A stretch of DNA of 64,000 bases from the IMG/VR virus record IMGVR_UViG_3300032281_000616, positions 64,001 to 128,000 of that record, one strand, 5' to 3'. Within the stretch, counting starts at the first letter, position 1; each line of letters begins with the position of its first letter. Source of the stretch: a virus (lineage: Duplodnaviria > Caudoviricetes). Positions 28,805 through 39,059 of this stretch are shown here, one piece after another. The position numbers were made by a program, and so were the translations under genes. The notes under the pieces were generated by a model, which was not told where the DNA came from, searched no databases, and was given only the letters and a program-made list of their open reading frames with translations.

Positions 28805-30418
28805 ATGACCAACTTAATTTTAAATTTTCCAGAGGGATATTCTCCAAACAAATCCCAGACAACCATTCTAAAAAAGATAGAGAAGGCTTTTTCGGATGGT
28901 AAAAAATATGTTATTGTGAATGCTCCCACCGGATCGGGGAAAGGCCACCTTCCTCTAACTTTATCGAATTCTACCAATGAGCCATCGGAGAAATTTAAAG
29001 AAAATGTAGATAATTATTCTATATTTGGGGAGGATGGGTTGAGTGTTATGGGTGATGAAACCTTTGGTTGCTATGCATTAACAATCACTAAATCTCTTCA
29101 AGATCAATATAAAAATACTTTCTCAGAAACAGGAGTATTAAAAGGTCAAAGCAACTATCAGTGTAAAGTGGATGATGAAATGACAGTAGATGTTGCTCCT
29201 TGTATCTACGTTAAGGGAATGAAAAACGATTGTTGGAAAGCTAACAAATGTCCGTATTACAATCAGAGGAATAAGATGTTGAAGAGTAGATTTGCAGCAT
29301 TAAATTACAGTATGTTCTTCTCTTTACCAGAGCACTTGAAGAAGAGAGAAATTTTGGTTTGTGATGAGGGATCGGAGTTGGAGGAACAACTCGTCTCGCA
29401 ATTCACATGCGAAGTAGATATCCCTTTTCTTATGAAGACTAACACCTCTGTTTCTTCATTTCCAGTAGAAGAAAAGCCTGCTAAAGTTGTCAATTGGTTA
29501 TCTGAACTTCTTAGAAATGTTTCAACTAATGTGGAATCATATAAGGAATACTTTAAAGAAGGTAAGAATGATCCAATGGAATTCAATAAAAAGAAGGGTG
29601 AATATTCTAAATTATTGAATCTACAATCTAGTTTAGAAATTCTCATTGGGACTTATTACGATTCAGAATATCTAATTGAAAGAGTTGACAAAAAAATTAG
29701 ATTCATACCTTTAAAGGTTGATAAACTTTCTAGCTTTTTGTTTGACCACGCTGATCGTGTTGTTATTATGTCTGCTACAATCATTGATCCACATAATTTC
29801 TGTAAAAATTTAGGGATAACAGATTACGAATATATTGAGGTTGATTCTGCTTTTGATTCCGAGAAAGCACCAATTTATATCTTAGCTTCGCAGAAATTAA
29901 ATTTCAAAAATATGGATCAAATGCTTCCAAAAATCGCTAAACAGGTTTCGGAATTGTTGGAAGAGCATAAGGACGAAAAGGGAATTATTCATACCCACAC
30001 TCAGTTTATAACCGACTATATTAGAAACAACGTAAAGTCTTCTCGTTTGCTATGTAGAGAAGGTGGAGTGCGTAATGAGGAACTTCTGGACATTCATGAG
30101 CGAAGTAAGGAACCCACTGTCCTAGTGAGTCCTAGCATGACTTATGGGGTTGATTTGAAGGGTGATCTTGGAAAATTTCAAATTCTTTTGAAAGCACCTT
30201 GGCTACCTACCAAAGATATCCGAGTTGAAAAGTTAATGAAGATTGATAGAGATTGGTATTCCAATGCTATGTTGAAAACATTAATCCAAGCTTGTGGTCG
30301 TGGGGTTCGATCTTTGGATGATGAATGTGTGACGTATATTTTAGATGGAAGTATTTTTGACGCTGTTCATAGAAATAAGAAGAAGTTGCCGAAGTTTTTC
30401 ATAGATAGATTTCAGTAA
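28805..30418 (+). CDS. dinG: DinG/YoaA/XPD-like Fe-S helicase
   Basis: APTGSGK, four-Cys cluster (C..APC..C..CPYY), MSAT, HTH, GVDLKG, QACGRGVRS. Confidence 0.88.
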   Translation: MTNLILNFPEGYSPNKSQTTILKKIEKAFSDGKKYVIVNAPTGSGKGHLPLTLSNSTNEPSEKFKENVDNYSIFGEDGLSVMGDETFGCYALTITKSLQDQYKNTFSETGVLKGQSNYQCKVDDEMTVDVAPCIYVKGMKNDCWKANKCPYYNQRNKMLKSRFAALNYSMFFSLPEHLKKREILVCDEGSELEEQLVSQFTCEVDIPFLMKTNTSVSSFPVEEKPAKVVNWLSELLRNVSTNVESYKEYFKEGKNDPMEFNKKKGEYSKLLNLQSSLEILIGTYYDSEYLIERVDKKIRFIPLKVDKLSSFLFDHADRVVIMSATIIDPHNFCKNLGITDYEYIEVDSAFDSEKAPIYILASQKLNFKNMDQMLPKIAKQVSELLEEHKDEKGIIHTHTQFITDYIRNNVKSSRLLCREGGVRNEELLDIHERSKEPTVLVSPSMTYGVDLKGDLGKFQILLKAPWLPTKDIRVEKLMKIDRDWYSNAMLKTLIQACGRGVRSLDDECVTYILDGSIFDAVHRNKKKLPKFFIDRFQ

Positions 30419-30431
30419 CTAAATATGATTA

Positions 30432-31499
30432 GTGCATAACTATTCTTATTTTCGAGAGGCTTATAACATGATGTCGCAATTTGTAGCGGCATTTGATGGA
30501 ATGTTTTTATATAGATATGATAAAAACGGTATTCCGAAAGAAAAAATAAATGTTAGATATATCAATGGTTCTAAACAAAGAGCCCTTTTCGATATAGTAA
30601 ATCCAGCTAAGAATATAACTTTACCTGCGATTTCGATCAATAGAAAGAATCTAAAGCGCGATCCAGACAGAGTTCAGCATAAGGATCAACATATGTATCG
30701 TCATCATGTTAATTCTAAAAATGTTGCAAAGATTCCTATGCCAATACCTGTATCTTGTGATATAGACGTTTCAGTAATAGCTCATTACAAAGAGGATATA
30801 GATCAAATCGTATCGAATATTATACCCTATTGTAATCCATATTTTATAATCTCTTGGAAAGTTCCAGAAGAATTTGGGATGGATTTTGATGATGAATTGA
30901 GATCAGAAGTATCTTGGTCTGGTTCTTTTGATTACGAAGAACCTATTGAAGTTGATAAAGCAGAAAAGCATAGGATTATTGCTAATACATCCTTTACTAT
31001 AAAGGGATGGATTTTCCCAGCATTGGAGACAACAGTTGCTCCGATTTATGTTGTTAATAATAGTTTTTATACTCTTGGAACTGGTTCAGACTTCACACTC
31101 AATGGGTTGTCTTCCTATCCAGTAGATGTCATATCTATCTCAGCTTATCCAGAAATCACAAACGAATTCATAAACGGTAAGTCTTATAGATCATCGATAA
31201 CGATAAATTCACTGAATGACAATATCATAACTTTATACGGTAAAAGGTTTAATTTCGATAACGAATGGTTTTTGAGTTCCAATAATGTTATTAGTGGGTT
31301 AGAATACAAAAAAATAACTACATTCAAACATCCGACAATATCTGCTTACAAATTACCGGATAGTTTAATTGAAGTGGTAAATGACAACATAGCTTCAATC
31401 TCTCTCACATCAGAATTTTTGAGTAGTGGATTATTTACATTAGTTACGTCTAATAGTGCTGGATGGATTTCTAATAATTACGAAATCGTTGTTATTTAA
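30432..31499 (+). CDS. gp15: Tail completion/sheath stabilizer (gp15-like) with C-terminal extension
   Basis: YFREAYNMMSQFVAAF...LPAISI...FTIKGWIF; late promoter. Confidence 0.7.
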   Translation: MHNYSYFREAYNMMSQFVAAFDGMFLYRYDKNGIPKEKINVRYINGSKQRALFDIVNPAKNITLPAISINRKNLKRDPDRVQHKDQHMYRHHVNSKNVAKIPMPIPVSCDIDVSVIAHYKEDIDQIVSNIIPYCNPYFIISWKVPEEFGMDFDDELRSEVSWSGSFDYEEPIEVDKAEKHRIIANTSFTIKGWIFPALETTVAPIYVVNNSFYTLGTGSDFTLNGLSSYPVDVISISAYPEITNEFINGKSYRSSITINSLNDNIITLYGKRFNFDNEWFLSSNNVISGLEYKKITTFKHPTISAYKLPDSLIEVVNDNIASISLTSEFLSSGLFTLVTSNSAGWISNNYEIVVI

Positions 31500-31521
31500 T
31501 TGATTGACATTAAATACTCAT

Positions 31522-33336
31522 ATGGCAGGTTTGATGAACAATCCAAATAATCGCACAAATATTTCTAGAGATGGAAAATCATCGACATATGATAGATCGA
31601 TGACTTCATATTTGAAGAATCGATTACCATATAATTATAATGTTTTAGATTCTGATGAGTCTAAAAATCCAAAATATAAGTATTTCCAACATGTCGGGAT
31701 GCGCCGTCCAGAGGCGATTGCGAAAAATTCTGTAACTCTAAGCAATGATTATAATAATACAGCTTTCTCTGCTATTGAGCAAGATAAGAGTTTCTCGAAT
31801 ATCATGTATGCTACGGCGTCTGAGGATAAACCGGGACGTATGCGCGATTATCGAACCATGGCTGCGTTCTCAGAAATTGCCGATGCTTTGGATGAAATTT
31901 GCGATGAGACGATAAATCCTGATGAAAACGATGACATTGTAAAATTAAAATTCAAAAATTCAGAAATTGAATCCGATAAAAAGGAAGAGATTATGAAAGA
32001 ATTTGAAAAATATATGGAGCATTATGATCTCCATAATAATGGTTGGCAATATTTTAGACAATTTTTAATTGAAGGGGAATTATATTTTGAACAGATTATT
32101 CATGAGGATTATGTGAATGAAGGTGTGCTTGGGGTTATCAATATCCCTTCTGATTTGATCGATCCAGTTTATGGAAATATACAGAATATGTTGGTTAAAG
32201 GATTTCTTTACCAAAAGCCTATTTTCGATAAAAATGATCCTAGAAAAGTAGAAAAATATGAACCAATTCCTTATGAGGAAAATCAAGTAGTTTATATCAA
32301 TAACTCTTCATATAATGACACTAAGGAGTTTATTGTTCCATTTATTGAAAACGCTAGACGAGCATATCGTCAGTTATCCATGATGGAGGATGCTATTGTC
32401 ATCCATAGAATGGTCCATGCTCCTTTACGATTTGTTTTTAACGTAGACGTTGGTAGATTACCTGTTCCACAAGCTGAAGCGTATCTTAGAAAACTACAAG
32501 CTCAATATTGGTCCACCAAAACATTTGATGCCGATCAGGGAGATATTGTTAAGAAATATAGTCCTCAATCAACCCTAGATTCTTATTGGTTTGCTAAAAG
32601 ACAAGGGACAGAACCTACAACTGTTCAAGAAATCGGTGGACAATCAGGTGATGATCAAATGGAAGGGTTGTATTTCTTCATCAAGAAACTTTATCGTTCT
32701 TTGAAAACACCAACCTCTCGTTTAGATCCAGACGACTCGTTTCGAGATGGTGCAGACATTCTACGTGAAGAATTGAAATTTGCAAGGATGATCATGCGCC
32801 AACAGCAAAAATTCGCCTCTGGTCTAAAAAGAGGATTCATCACGCATCTTAAACTACGTAAAATGTTTAAGGAGTATGATTTAACTGAGCAAAATATAAA
32901 TGTTATTTTCAATCCTCCATCTAATTTCTATGAACTTAGAAATAACCAAAAGATGGAATTAAAGATCAACTCTTTCAGTAATATGATTTCTAGTGGAAAA
33001 ATAGCCACTGCTTTCGCTATGAAAAAGGCTCTTGGATTTACTGATAAAGAAATCTTAGCTAATAACGAATTTCTTCGTTTGCAAATGGCTCTGGAATGGG
33101 AATTGAATATGTTGTTAACGATGGGTCCAGACTTCAAGAATCAACTATTACAACAAGCCCAAGCTGGTGCTCCAGCCGAAGGTGGTAATATGGGTGGAGG
33201 AGCACCACCTATGGGTGGAGGTGGAATGCCACCAGATATGGGTGGAGGAATGGATATCGGTGGTGGTGAAGAACCACCCCCAAATGCGGGAAATCCACCA
33301 GAATTACCTATAGTTGGTGAAGAACCACAAGCTTAA
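31522..33336 (+). CDS. gp20: Portal protein (gp20)
   Basis: LSMMEDAIVIHRMVHAPLRFVFNVDVG, SYWFAKRQG, KKLYRSL, RDELKF-like REELKF; start set by TAAATA-N5-ATG. Confidence 0.96.
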   Translation: MAGLMNNPNNRTNISRDGKSSTYDRSMTSYLKNRLPYNYNVLDSDESKNPKYKYFQHVGMRRPEAIAKNSVTLSNDYNNTAFSAIEQDKSFSNIMYATASEDKPGRMRDYRTMAAFSEIADALDEICDETINPDENDDIVKLKFKNSEIESDKKEEIMKEFEKYMEHYDLHNNGWQYFRQFLIEGELYFEQIIHEDYVNEGVLGVINIPSDLIDPVYGNIQNMLVKGFLYQKPIFDKNDPRKVEKYEPIPYEENQVVYINNSSYNDTKEFIVPFIENARRAYRQLSMMEDAIVIHRMVHAPLRFVFNVDVGRLPVPQAEAYLRKLQAQYWSTKTFDADQGDIVKKYSPQSTLDSYWFAKRQGTEPTTVQEIGGQSGDDQMEGLYFFIKKLYRSLKTPTSRLDPDDSFRDGADILREELKFARMIMRQQQKFASGLKRGFITHLKLRKMFKEYDLTEQNINVIFNPPSNFYELRNNQKMELKINSFSNMISSGKIATAFAMKKALGFTDKEILANNEFLRLQMALEWELNMLLTMGPDFKNQLLQQAQAGAPAEGGNMGGGAPPMGGGGMPPDMGGGMDIGGGEEPPPNAGNPPELPIVGEEPQA

Positions 33337-33623
33337 TCACAGAAACTCACACAGTTAAACGCTGAACTATAATAATACCCAGTATAATTATTAGCTGTCA
33401 AATTAATTGTTGTGGATGGTGTATTACACTTATAAAAATAATTTTGAGATCCATTATTGGATGTTACAGACGCATATTGTGTTGATTGACCCCATAAAAT
33501 AAATTCATTTGCAGAATTTCGATAATACCCGGTTGAATTATTAGAACTGAGATTTGTTGTAGTTGAGGGAATTCCACAAGAAATCGCATAATATTGTGTT
33601 CCATTATTATCAGTCAGAGCCAT
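33333..33623 (-). CDS. Small Asn/Ser/Thr/Tyr-rich protein made of two internal repeats
   Basis: NNGTQYYAISCGIPSTTTNLSSNNSTGYY vs NNGSQNYFYKCNTPSTTINLTANNYTGYY; has its own TAAATA-N5-ATG. Confidence 0.7.
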   Translation of the reverse strand: MALTDNNGTQYYAISCGIPSTTTNLSSNNSTGYYRNSANEFILWGQSTQYASVTSNNGSQNYFYKCNTPSTTINLTANNYTGYYYSSAFNCVSFCD

Positions 33624-33628
33624 GAAAA

Positions 33629-33646
33629 TATTTAATTGATTAAATA
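33629..33646. promoter_or_regulatory. Back-to-back divergent late promoters (TATTTA attgat TAAATA)
   Basis: Each hexamer lies exactly 5 nt from its ATG (33623 minus, 33652 plus). Confidence 0.85.
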
Positions 33647-33651
33647 GTTTT

Positions 33652-34791
33652 ATGTCAGAATTGTGTAATGTTCAACCAATATCAGCCTTTATGAGCACAA
33701 ATCTATCGTCTAAGATAGAGTGTTTTCAAGCTTTGGGTGCTAGAATTTTGAGAATGTTGGGTCATCCAATGATCAATGTTGAACTTCACCCTGACCAATT
33801 ATACGATTCTATTAGCATGGCTTGTGAATTTTATACACAATATGCTGGGTATACAAAGGAGTATTTGATATTTGATAGCAATCTATATGATAAAAATAAA
33901 GGTCTTAGATTGGACCATCTTTTCACAGTCGCTAATACAGGATTTACTTTATCAGAAAAATTAAATGAGGTCAAAAAATCCAATCCAGATTATAATGTTA
34001 CCTTAAGAGAAAATTTATACATTCTCACATCAGCCATACCCAGTTCATATTTCGTGTCAAGTTCTACCTTAAGTTCTTCTATCCCATCTGATGGTTTACC
34101 AGCAATGCAGGTAATGGAGGAATCTACATATTCACAATTGACAGCATTTAATTCATCTTTAAGTTCATTATTCATTGTATCACCAAAAAAACCTTTCACG
34201 GTTCAATGTGAAGAAGTTGAAAATGTTGTAAAATATAACAACATGTTTGATTACGATGTTATGGATTATCGAAAAGTCATTGATGTAATTGATTTCGTGG
34301 AAGGAAGCTCTAGTGGTGTCAATACATTGTTTTCTATGGAACAAACAATGGCACAACAAACATACTATTCTTACGCTATGGGTAATTTCGGATTTGATTT
34401 ATTATCATGGCATACTGTAAAAGACTGGCAAGATACTAGAGAAAAACTCTTAGCTATAAAAAGAGATATACATTTCGATCCAAGAACACAATACTTGAGA
34501 CTTATGCCACAACCAAAATCAAATAGATTTTATGGAGTCTTGGAATGTTATGTTGAACGCCCACTGAAAGATATTGTAAAAGAAAAATGGGTTCTCGATT
34601 ATGCCACAGCATTGTCTAAAATTATGTGGGGTCGTATACTAACACACATAACAGGGGTGACTTTATTGGGTGGTGGGACTTTAAATGGTGAATCTGTTTT
34701 ACAAGAAGGTGTTTCTGAAAAACAAGCATTGGAAGAATTTCTCATTGAGGGTGGTCACACTAGCGCACCTCCGATGATGTTTGTTGGATAA
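33652..34791 (+). CDS. gp13: Neck protein (gp13-like)
   Basis: INVELHPDQLYDSI..A.EFY, WVLDYATAL.K..WG..L...GVTLLGGGTLNG. Confidence 0.85.
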   Translation: MSELCNVQPISAFMSTNLSSKIECFQALGARILRMLGHPMINVELHPDQLYDSISMACEFYTQYAGYTKEYLIFDSNLYDKNKGLRLDHLFTVANTGFTLSEKLNEVKKSNPDYNVTLRENLYILTSAIPSSYFVSSSTLSSSIPSDGLPAMQVMEESTYSQLTAFNSSLSSLFIVSPKKPFTVQCEEVENVVKYNNMFDYDVMDYRKVIDVIDFVEGSSSGVNTLFSMEQTMAQQTYYSYAMGNFGFDLLSWHTVKDWQDTREKLLAIKRDIHFDPRTQYLRLMPQPKSNRFYGVLECYVERPLKDIVKEKWVLDYATALSKIMWGRILTHITGVTLLGGGTLNGESVLQEGVSEKQALEEFLIEGGHTSAPPMMFVG

Positions 34792-34826
34792 TTGACAAAA
34801 TATTCCATTTGACTAAATAATCTCGA

Positions 34827-37493
34827 ATGAAATTATTTGGCGAAGAAGTTAACCATACTTCAACAAATTCTCCACTAAACATCATACAGGTTGAAAATTT
34901 TGAAGAAATTTTCTTTGGTGTTTTTGAGGTTGAACTAAATGAACAGAAATATCCACTAGAAAAAATCTCTGATTATAAGGGACATCCAGTGGTTCAAATT
35001 CCTATCATTGTTGAAGGAGAGGAAGTATTATATCCATTTGTCCTCATCAAAGGACAATCCGAGATTCTGTTCAACGAGTCAAATATTGAATTACCTATAG
35101 ACCACGAAGATTTTGTTTTGGAAACTGATAATATAGATGAAGATACACTATCTGAATCTAAACAGGAAATTTTGGAGCAAATAGAGAGAGCTAAAGAGGA
35201 AGCTAGAAAGGCTATAAAAAGAGCCAAGATCTTGGAAGCTAATGAACTTTCATCCGAATCCAAGAAAAACAATAAGCTTCTTAAAAATGTCTTAGAGAAA
35301 GCTAGAGAGAGTTTGGTCAGTGAATTTACTAATATTTCTGATAAACTGAAGGGTGAGATATTAAAGGAATATAGCAACAATTATTATGAACTAAAAGACG
35401 GGTTTGATAATAGAGCTTCTGATATTAAGGAAGATTTGAAGCTTGAATTAAAAAAGGACTTCAAAAATGCTTCATTGATTTTTGACACAAAAATCAAATC
35501 TCTCATCAAAAGGCTATACAACGAAAGCGTTTATCCGAAATTGGAAAAGGATTTAAATGAAATTGCCTTACAAATAGTCGAGAAAGTTTCTTCTATAGAA
35601 TCAAATTTGGAAGGAAAATTGGGAAGCAAAGCTGAAAAAACTTTAGTGGAAAGTGTTTCTAAAGAATTATCAGTTATTCAAAAGGCTAATATTGAACTCA
35701 ATGATAATATAAATAAAGGGGTAAACAAAGCACTCAGCCGTGCTGGCAATGTCAAAACTTTAGTTGAAAAAATTGATAAGGAAATCAATGAAAAAATTGA
35801 GAGTCAATTATCTGATATCGAAAAATATTTTGATGAACGAATCGTAAACATTCAAGAAAAAACATTCGATGTAACAGAGGAATCTAGAAAATATATTATT
35901 GATTTGGTCAATAAATCTAAAATGGATTTGTTGGAGGAAATCAAAAAAATTCCTAAAGAAAAACCAGTCGAATATATTTTAGAATCTAAGAAAAAAGATC
36001 CAGAAAAAGTCAATCTAGATAAACTCAAAAAGGAATATGATTCTATCATCCATAATAAATTCGAAAATTATAAAACAGATTTAAGAAAATATATCGCTGT
36101 TTATTCTGGTGGTGGTTCAGTCGCTCAACAATTTGCTGATGGTGGGATGATGAATGGAGACTTGACCGTAGTAGGAACAATATCAGCATCTAATTATTTG
36201 GGTATTACTGTTGGAGGTGGGGGTTCAGATGTATCCACATTATCAGGAAATTGGCAAAATACTTACACCACAGTTCAATCTAATAGTGCTTCTTGGATTA
36301 ATCCACCGATGGATTATCTACCATTGTCTGGTGGAACTGTCACAGGTGGTTTATCTGTAACTAATAATCTTACAGTAGATTCTAACACATTATTTGTTGA
36401 TAGTGTTAATAATAGAGTTGGTATAGGCACTATATCACCTACTGCTAGGCTTGATGTGTTATCCATTTCTGCCGCAACTAAGGGTTTAATTGTTCAGGGT
36501 GCAGCGTCCCAAACTGCGAATCTTGCTGAATTCAATTTTGATGCAACAACCTACTCACAGTTTAATAACCGAGGCGGGCTTTACATAAGAGACGATAAAA
36601 CTGAGGAATCAGTTTTGCTAACTTTGGATGGACCATTTGGAAGCACACTTTTCTATGGAACTCATTTTTCTATTCCTAACATTAATTTAAATAGTTCTCA
36701 AACACTGTATGTCGGCAGGGGTGGCGGTGGGCTAGCTGTGGGACCTTATGTTGGCAATATAACTTCGAAATTTGTAGTAAATGGGAACATGGTTGTCGGA
36801 ACAAGCTACACTCTTCTTACAGCACCTACAAATGGAGCTATTATACAGGGTAACGTAGGCATAGGAACTTCATCCCCATCAACTAGACTAGACGTTAATG
36901 GGACATTTAATGTATCGGGTAACACCACTTTGCTTGGAACTACTACAGCTACAGGTAAGATAACCGCTAATGGTCAAGGACTGTTAAGCGCATTATCACC
37001 TAATGATGTTCTGACAAAACAATTAGGAGACACAGCTTATGCAACATCTTATATTGGAGCATTATCCGCACAATTCGATTCAGATGTTAATACAACAACG
37101 TATAAAAACGTCCCTGATCTAACATTTGATCTTCCTGTAGGCACTTATTACATTGATTGTATTTTAATCCACAACGGCAACGCCTCTTACGCAACCTCTG
37201 GTGTTAAAGATCGTATTAACTTTACTGGCACCGCGACAGCCACAGGAACCACTTATAGAATCTTGGATAATGCTACAACGGCAGGTTCTGTTGTGAATGC
37301 TTTAGTATCAAGAAATGTATTAGTTGAATCAGCACCATCGAATAGATCACAAGTAACTTGGAGAAAGGGTAAACTGGTAGTTACGTCAGCGGGAACGATA
37401 TCAGTTCAAATCGCCCAAACAAATGCTGTTGCCGCTGCTAATACTACATTGGATATCGGGAGCTTTTTATCCATAACAAGATGCAATAACTAA
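34827..37493 (+). CDS. Virion structural protein: long N-terminal coiled coil plus fiber-like C-terminus
   Basis: Charged heptad-rich first ~430 aa; GNVGIGT.SP..RLDV repeats and Thr/Gly-rich C-terminus; TAAATA promoter. Confidence 0.7.
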   Translation: MKLFGEEVNHTSTNSPLNIIQVENFEEIFFGVFEVELNEQKYPLEKISDYKGHPVVQIPIIVEGEEVLYPFVLIKGQSEILFNESNIELPIDHEDFVLETDNIDEDTLSESKQEILEQIERAKEEARKAIKRAKILEANELSSESKKNNKLLKNVLEKARESLVSEFTNISDKLKGEILKEYSNNYYELKDGFDNRASDIKEDLKLELKKDFKNASLIFDTKIKSLIKRLYNESVYPKLEKDLNEIALQIVEKVSSIESNLEGKLGSKAEKTLVESVSKELSVIQKANIELNDNINKGVNKALSRAGNVKTLVEKIDKEINEKIESQLSDIEKYFDERIVNIQEKTFDVTEESRKYIIDLVNKSKMDLLEEIKKIPKEKPVEYILESKKKDPEKVNLDKLKKEYDSIIHNKFENYKTDLRKYIAVYSGGGSVAQQFADGGMMNGDLTVVGTISASNYLGITVGGGGSDVSTLSGNWQNTYTTVQSNSASWINPPMDYLPLSGGTVTGGLSVTNNLTVDSNTLFVDSVNNRVGIGTISPTARLDVLSISAATKGLIVQGAASQTANLAEFNFDATTYSQFNNRGGLYIRDDKTEESVLLTLDGPFGSTLFYGTHFSIPNINLNSSQTLYVGRGGGGLAVGPYVGNITSKFVVNGNMVVGTSYTLLTAPTNGAIIQGNVGIGTSSPSTRLDVNGTFNVSGNTTLLGTTTATGKITANGQGLLSALSPNDVLTKQLGDTAYATSYIGALSAQFDSDVNTTTYKNVPDLTFDLPVGTYYIDCILIHNGNASYATSGVKDRINFTGTATATGTTYRILDNATTAGSVVNALVSRNVLVESAPSNRSQVTWRKGKLVVTSAGTISVQIAQTNAVAAANTTLDIGSFLSITRCNN

Positions 37494-37495
37494 TC

Positions 37496-37867
37496 ATGAT
37501 AACTATATTACCTGATAAAACCGAAACAGAAAAACGTCTTATTGAAATCAATGATCAATTAGAACTTCTTATCAACAATATCAAATCTGCTGCATTTAAT
37601 CTCAATAAAGCAATGGATATATTTTGGGAAACTGAAGACAATCTATTGATCGAGATGATGAACCAGAAAGGTCCTGTCGAAATGAATAATATATTCCAAA
37701 AACATGCAGAGACAGCCAATGGGATTAATTTTATTCTCAATCAAAGAGGAGTTGATTCCATTGCTTCAATAGGTATGAGAAAACCCGTTGTTTTGGGTGA
37801 GGATGGGTTATTTAAAATTGTATATCCTGAAGAAGAACATATTGTTTTACCAGAGGAGAACCCTTAA
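37496..37867 (+). CDS. hypothetical protein (possible fiber assembly factor)
   Basis: 123 aa ORF immediately after the fiber gene. Confidence 0.55.
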   Translation: MITILPDKTETEKRLIEINDQLELLINNIKSAAFNLNKAMDIFWETEDNLLIEMMNQKGPVEMNNIFQKHAETANGINFILNQRGVDSIASIGMRKPVVLGEDGLFKIVYPEEEHIVLPEENP

Positions 37868-37874
37868 TTAACGA

Positions 37875-38363
37875 ATGATAAATCCATCTCCAAGAAATTG
37901 TAAATTCAAACAAGGATATTTTCATCCAAAAAATGAGAGTAAATTAATCGGTCAAGATGTTCCGATGTATAGATCTGGTATTGAATTAGAATTCATGAGA
38001 TGGTTAGATTCGAATGATAATGTTCTAAGATGGAGTAGTGAGGGTGTAACTGTAAAATACTACGATCCTGTTAAAAGGAAAGATCGAACATATTTTACAG
38101 ATAATTATGTTGAAATCAGAGAAGGTGACAAGATTAAAAAATATCTGATAGAACTTAAGTCTGAAAGAGAAACTGTTAAACCAGATCCCCGATCCAAGAA
38201 GAAAAAATCAGCTTTATTGGTTGAACAATCAACTTGGGTAACAAACAACGCTAAGTGGAAATACGCTATAAAGTTCTGTGAAAAGAATGATATGGAGTTT
38301 TTATTGTTGGCTTATACTAAAAAGGATGGATTTTACCCTGTAAAATTAGATTTCTTAATTTAA
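37875..38363 (+). CDS. gp4: Head completion nuclease (gp4, TnsA N-terminal-like)
   Basis: YRSGIELEFMRWLDSNDNVLRWSSE...YFTD...IELK. Confidence 0.9.
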   Translation: MINPSPRNCKFKQGYFHPKNESKLIGQDVPMYRSGIELEFMRWLDSNDNVLRWSSEGVTVKYYDPVKRKDRTYFTDNYVEIREGDKIKKYLIELKSERETVKPDPRSKKKKSALLVEQSTWVTNNAKWKYAIKFCEKNDMEFLLLAYTKKDGFYPVKLDFLI

Positions 38364-38379
38364 ATGTGTAAATAATAGT

Positions 38380-39051
38380 ATGTTACGATTAAAATTGATG
38401 TATCCAGACCAAAACATCTTCGATGGTATGGAAATTGTAGAAGAACAAAACAAACTTGGAACAGGGAGCACTCTATATATTCAAGGACCATACACAGGTG
38501 TTGCGAAAAATAAAAACAAACGTGTATATCCTAAAGAAGAATTAGATAGAGATATTTCGAGATACATTAATGAAATGGTTAATACCAATAGATCGATGGG
38601 TGAATTGAATCACAGTAGCACCAGTGAGGTAAATCCAGAACGTGCCTGTCATATGGTAACTAAGTTATATGAAGACAATGGGACTTGGTATGGTAAATCT
38701 AAAATTTTATCAGGAGAAGGTTTACCAATTGGTAATTTGGTTAAAGGTTTGATTAATCAAGGTGTATCGCTTGGAGTTTCTACTAGATCTTTGGGAACCT
38801 TAGAAGAGTCAACCGATCATAATATCGTCAGGAATTTACATATTGTTGCTTGGGATATGGTAGCCGACCCAAGTTTCCCAACAGCATTTGTTAACGGAAT
38901 TTTGGAATCTCGTGAGTTTGTTATCGGCGATAATGGAAAATATGAAGAATTTTATTCTCGATTTGATAAGGGTATCTCAAAAATTCCAAGAAAAGATGCT
39001 GATTCTTATCTACGTGAACAAGTTATAAAATTTATCAACTCTCTTAATTAA
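38380..39051 (+). CDS. gp21: Prohead core protease (gp21)
   Basis: NKRVYP, GELNH, LGVSTRSLG, DMVADPSFPTAFVNGILE. Confidence 0.95.
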   Translation: MLRLKLMYPDQNIFDGMEIVEEQNKLGTGSTLYIQGPYTGVAKNKNKRVYPKEELDRDISRYINEMVNTNRSMGELNHSSTSEVNPERACHMVTKLYEDNGTWYGKSKILSGEGLPIGNLVKGLINQGVSLGVSTRSLGTLEESTDHNIVRNLHIVAWDMVADPSFPTAFVNGILESREFVIGDNGKYEEFYSRFDKGISKIPRKDADSYLREQVIKFINSLN

Positions 39052-39059
39052 ATACTATT

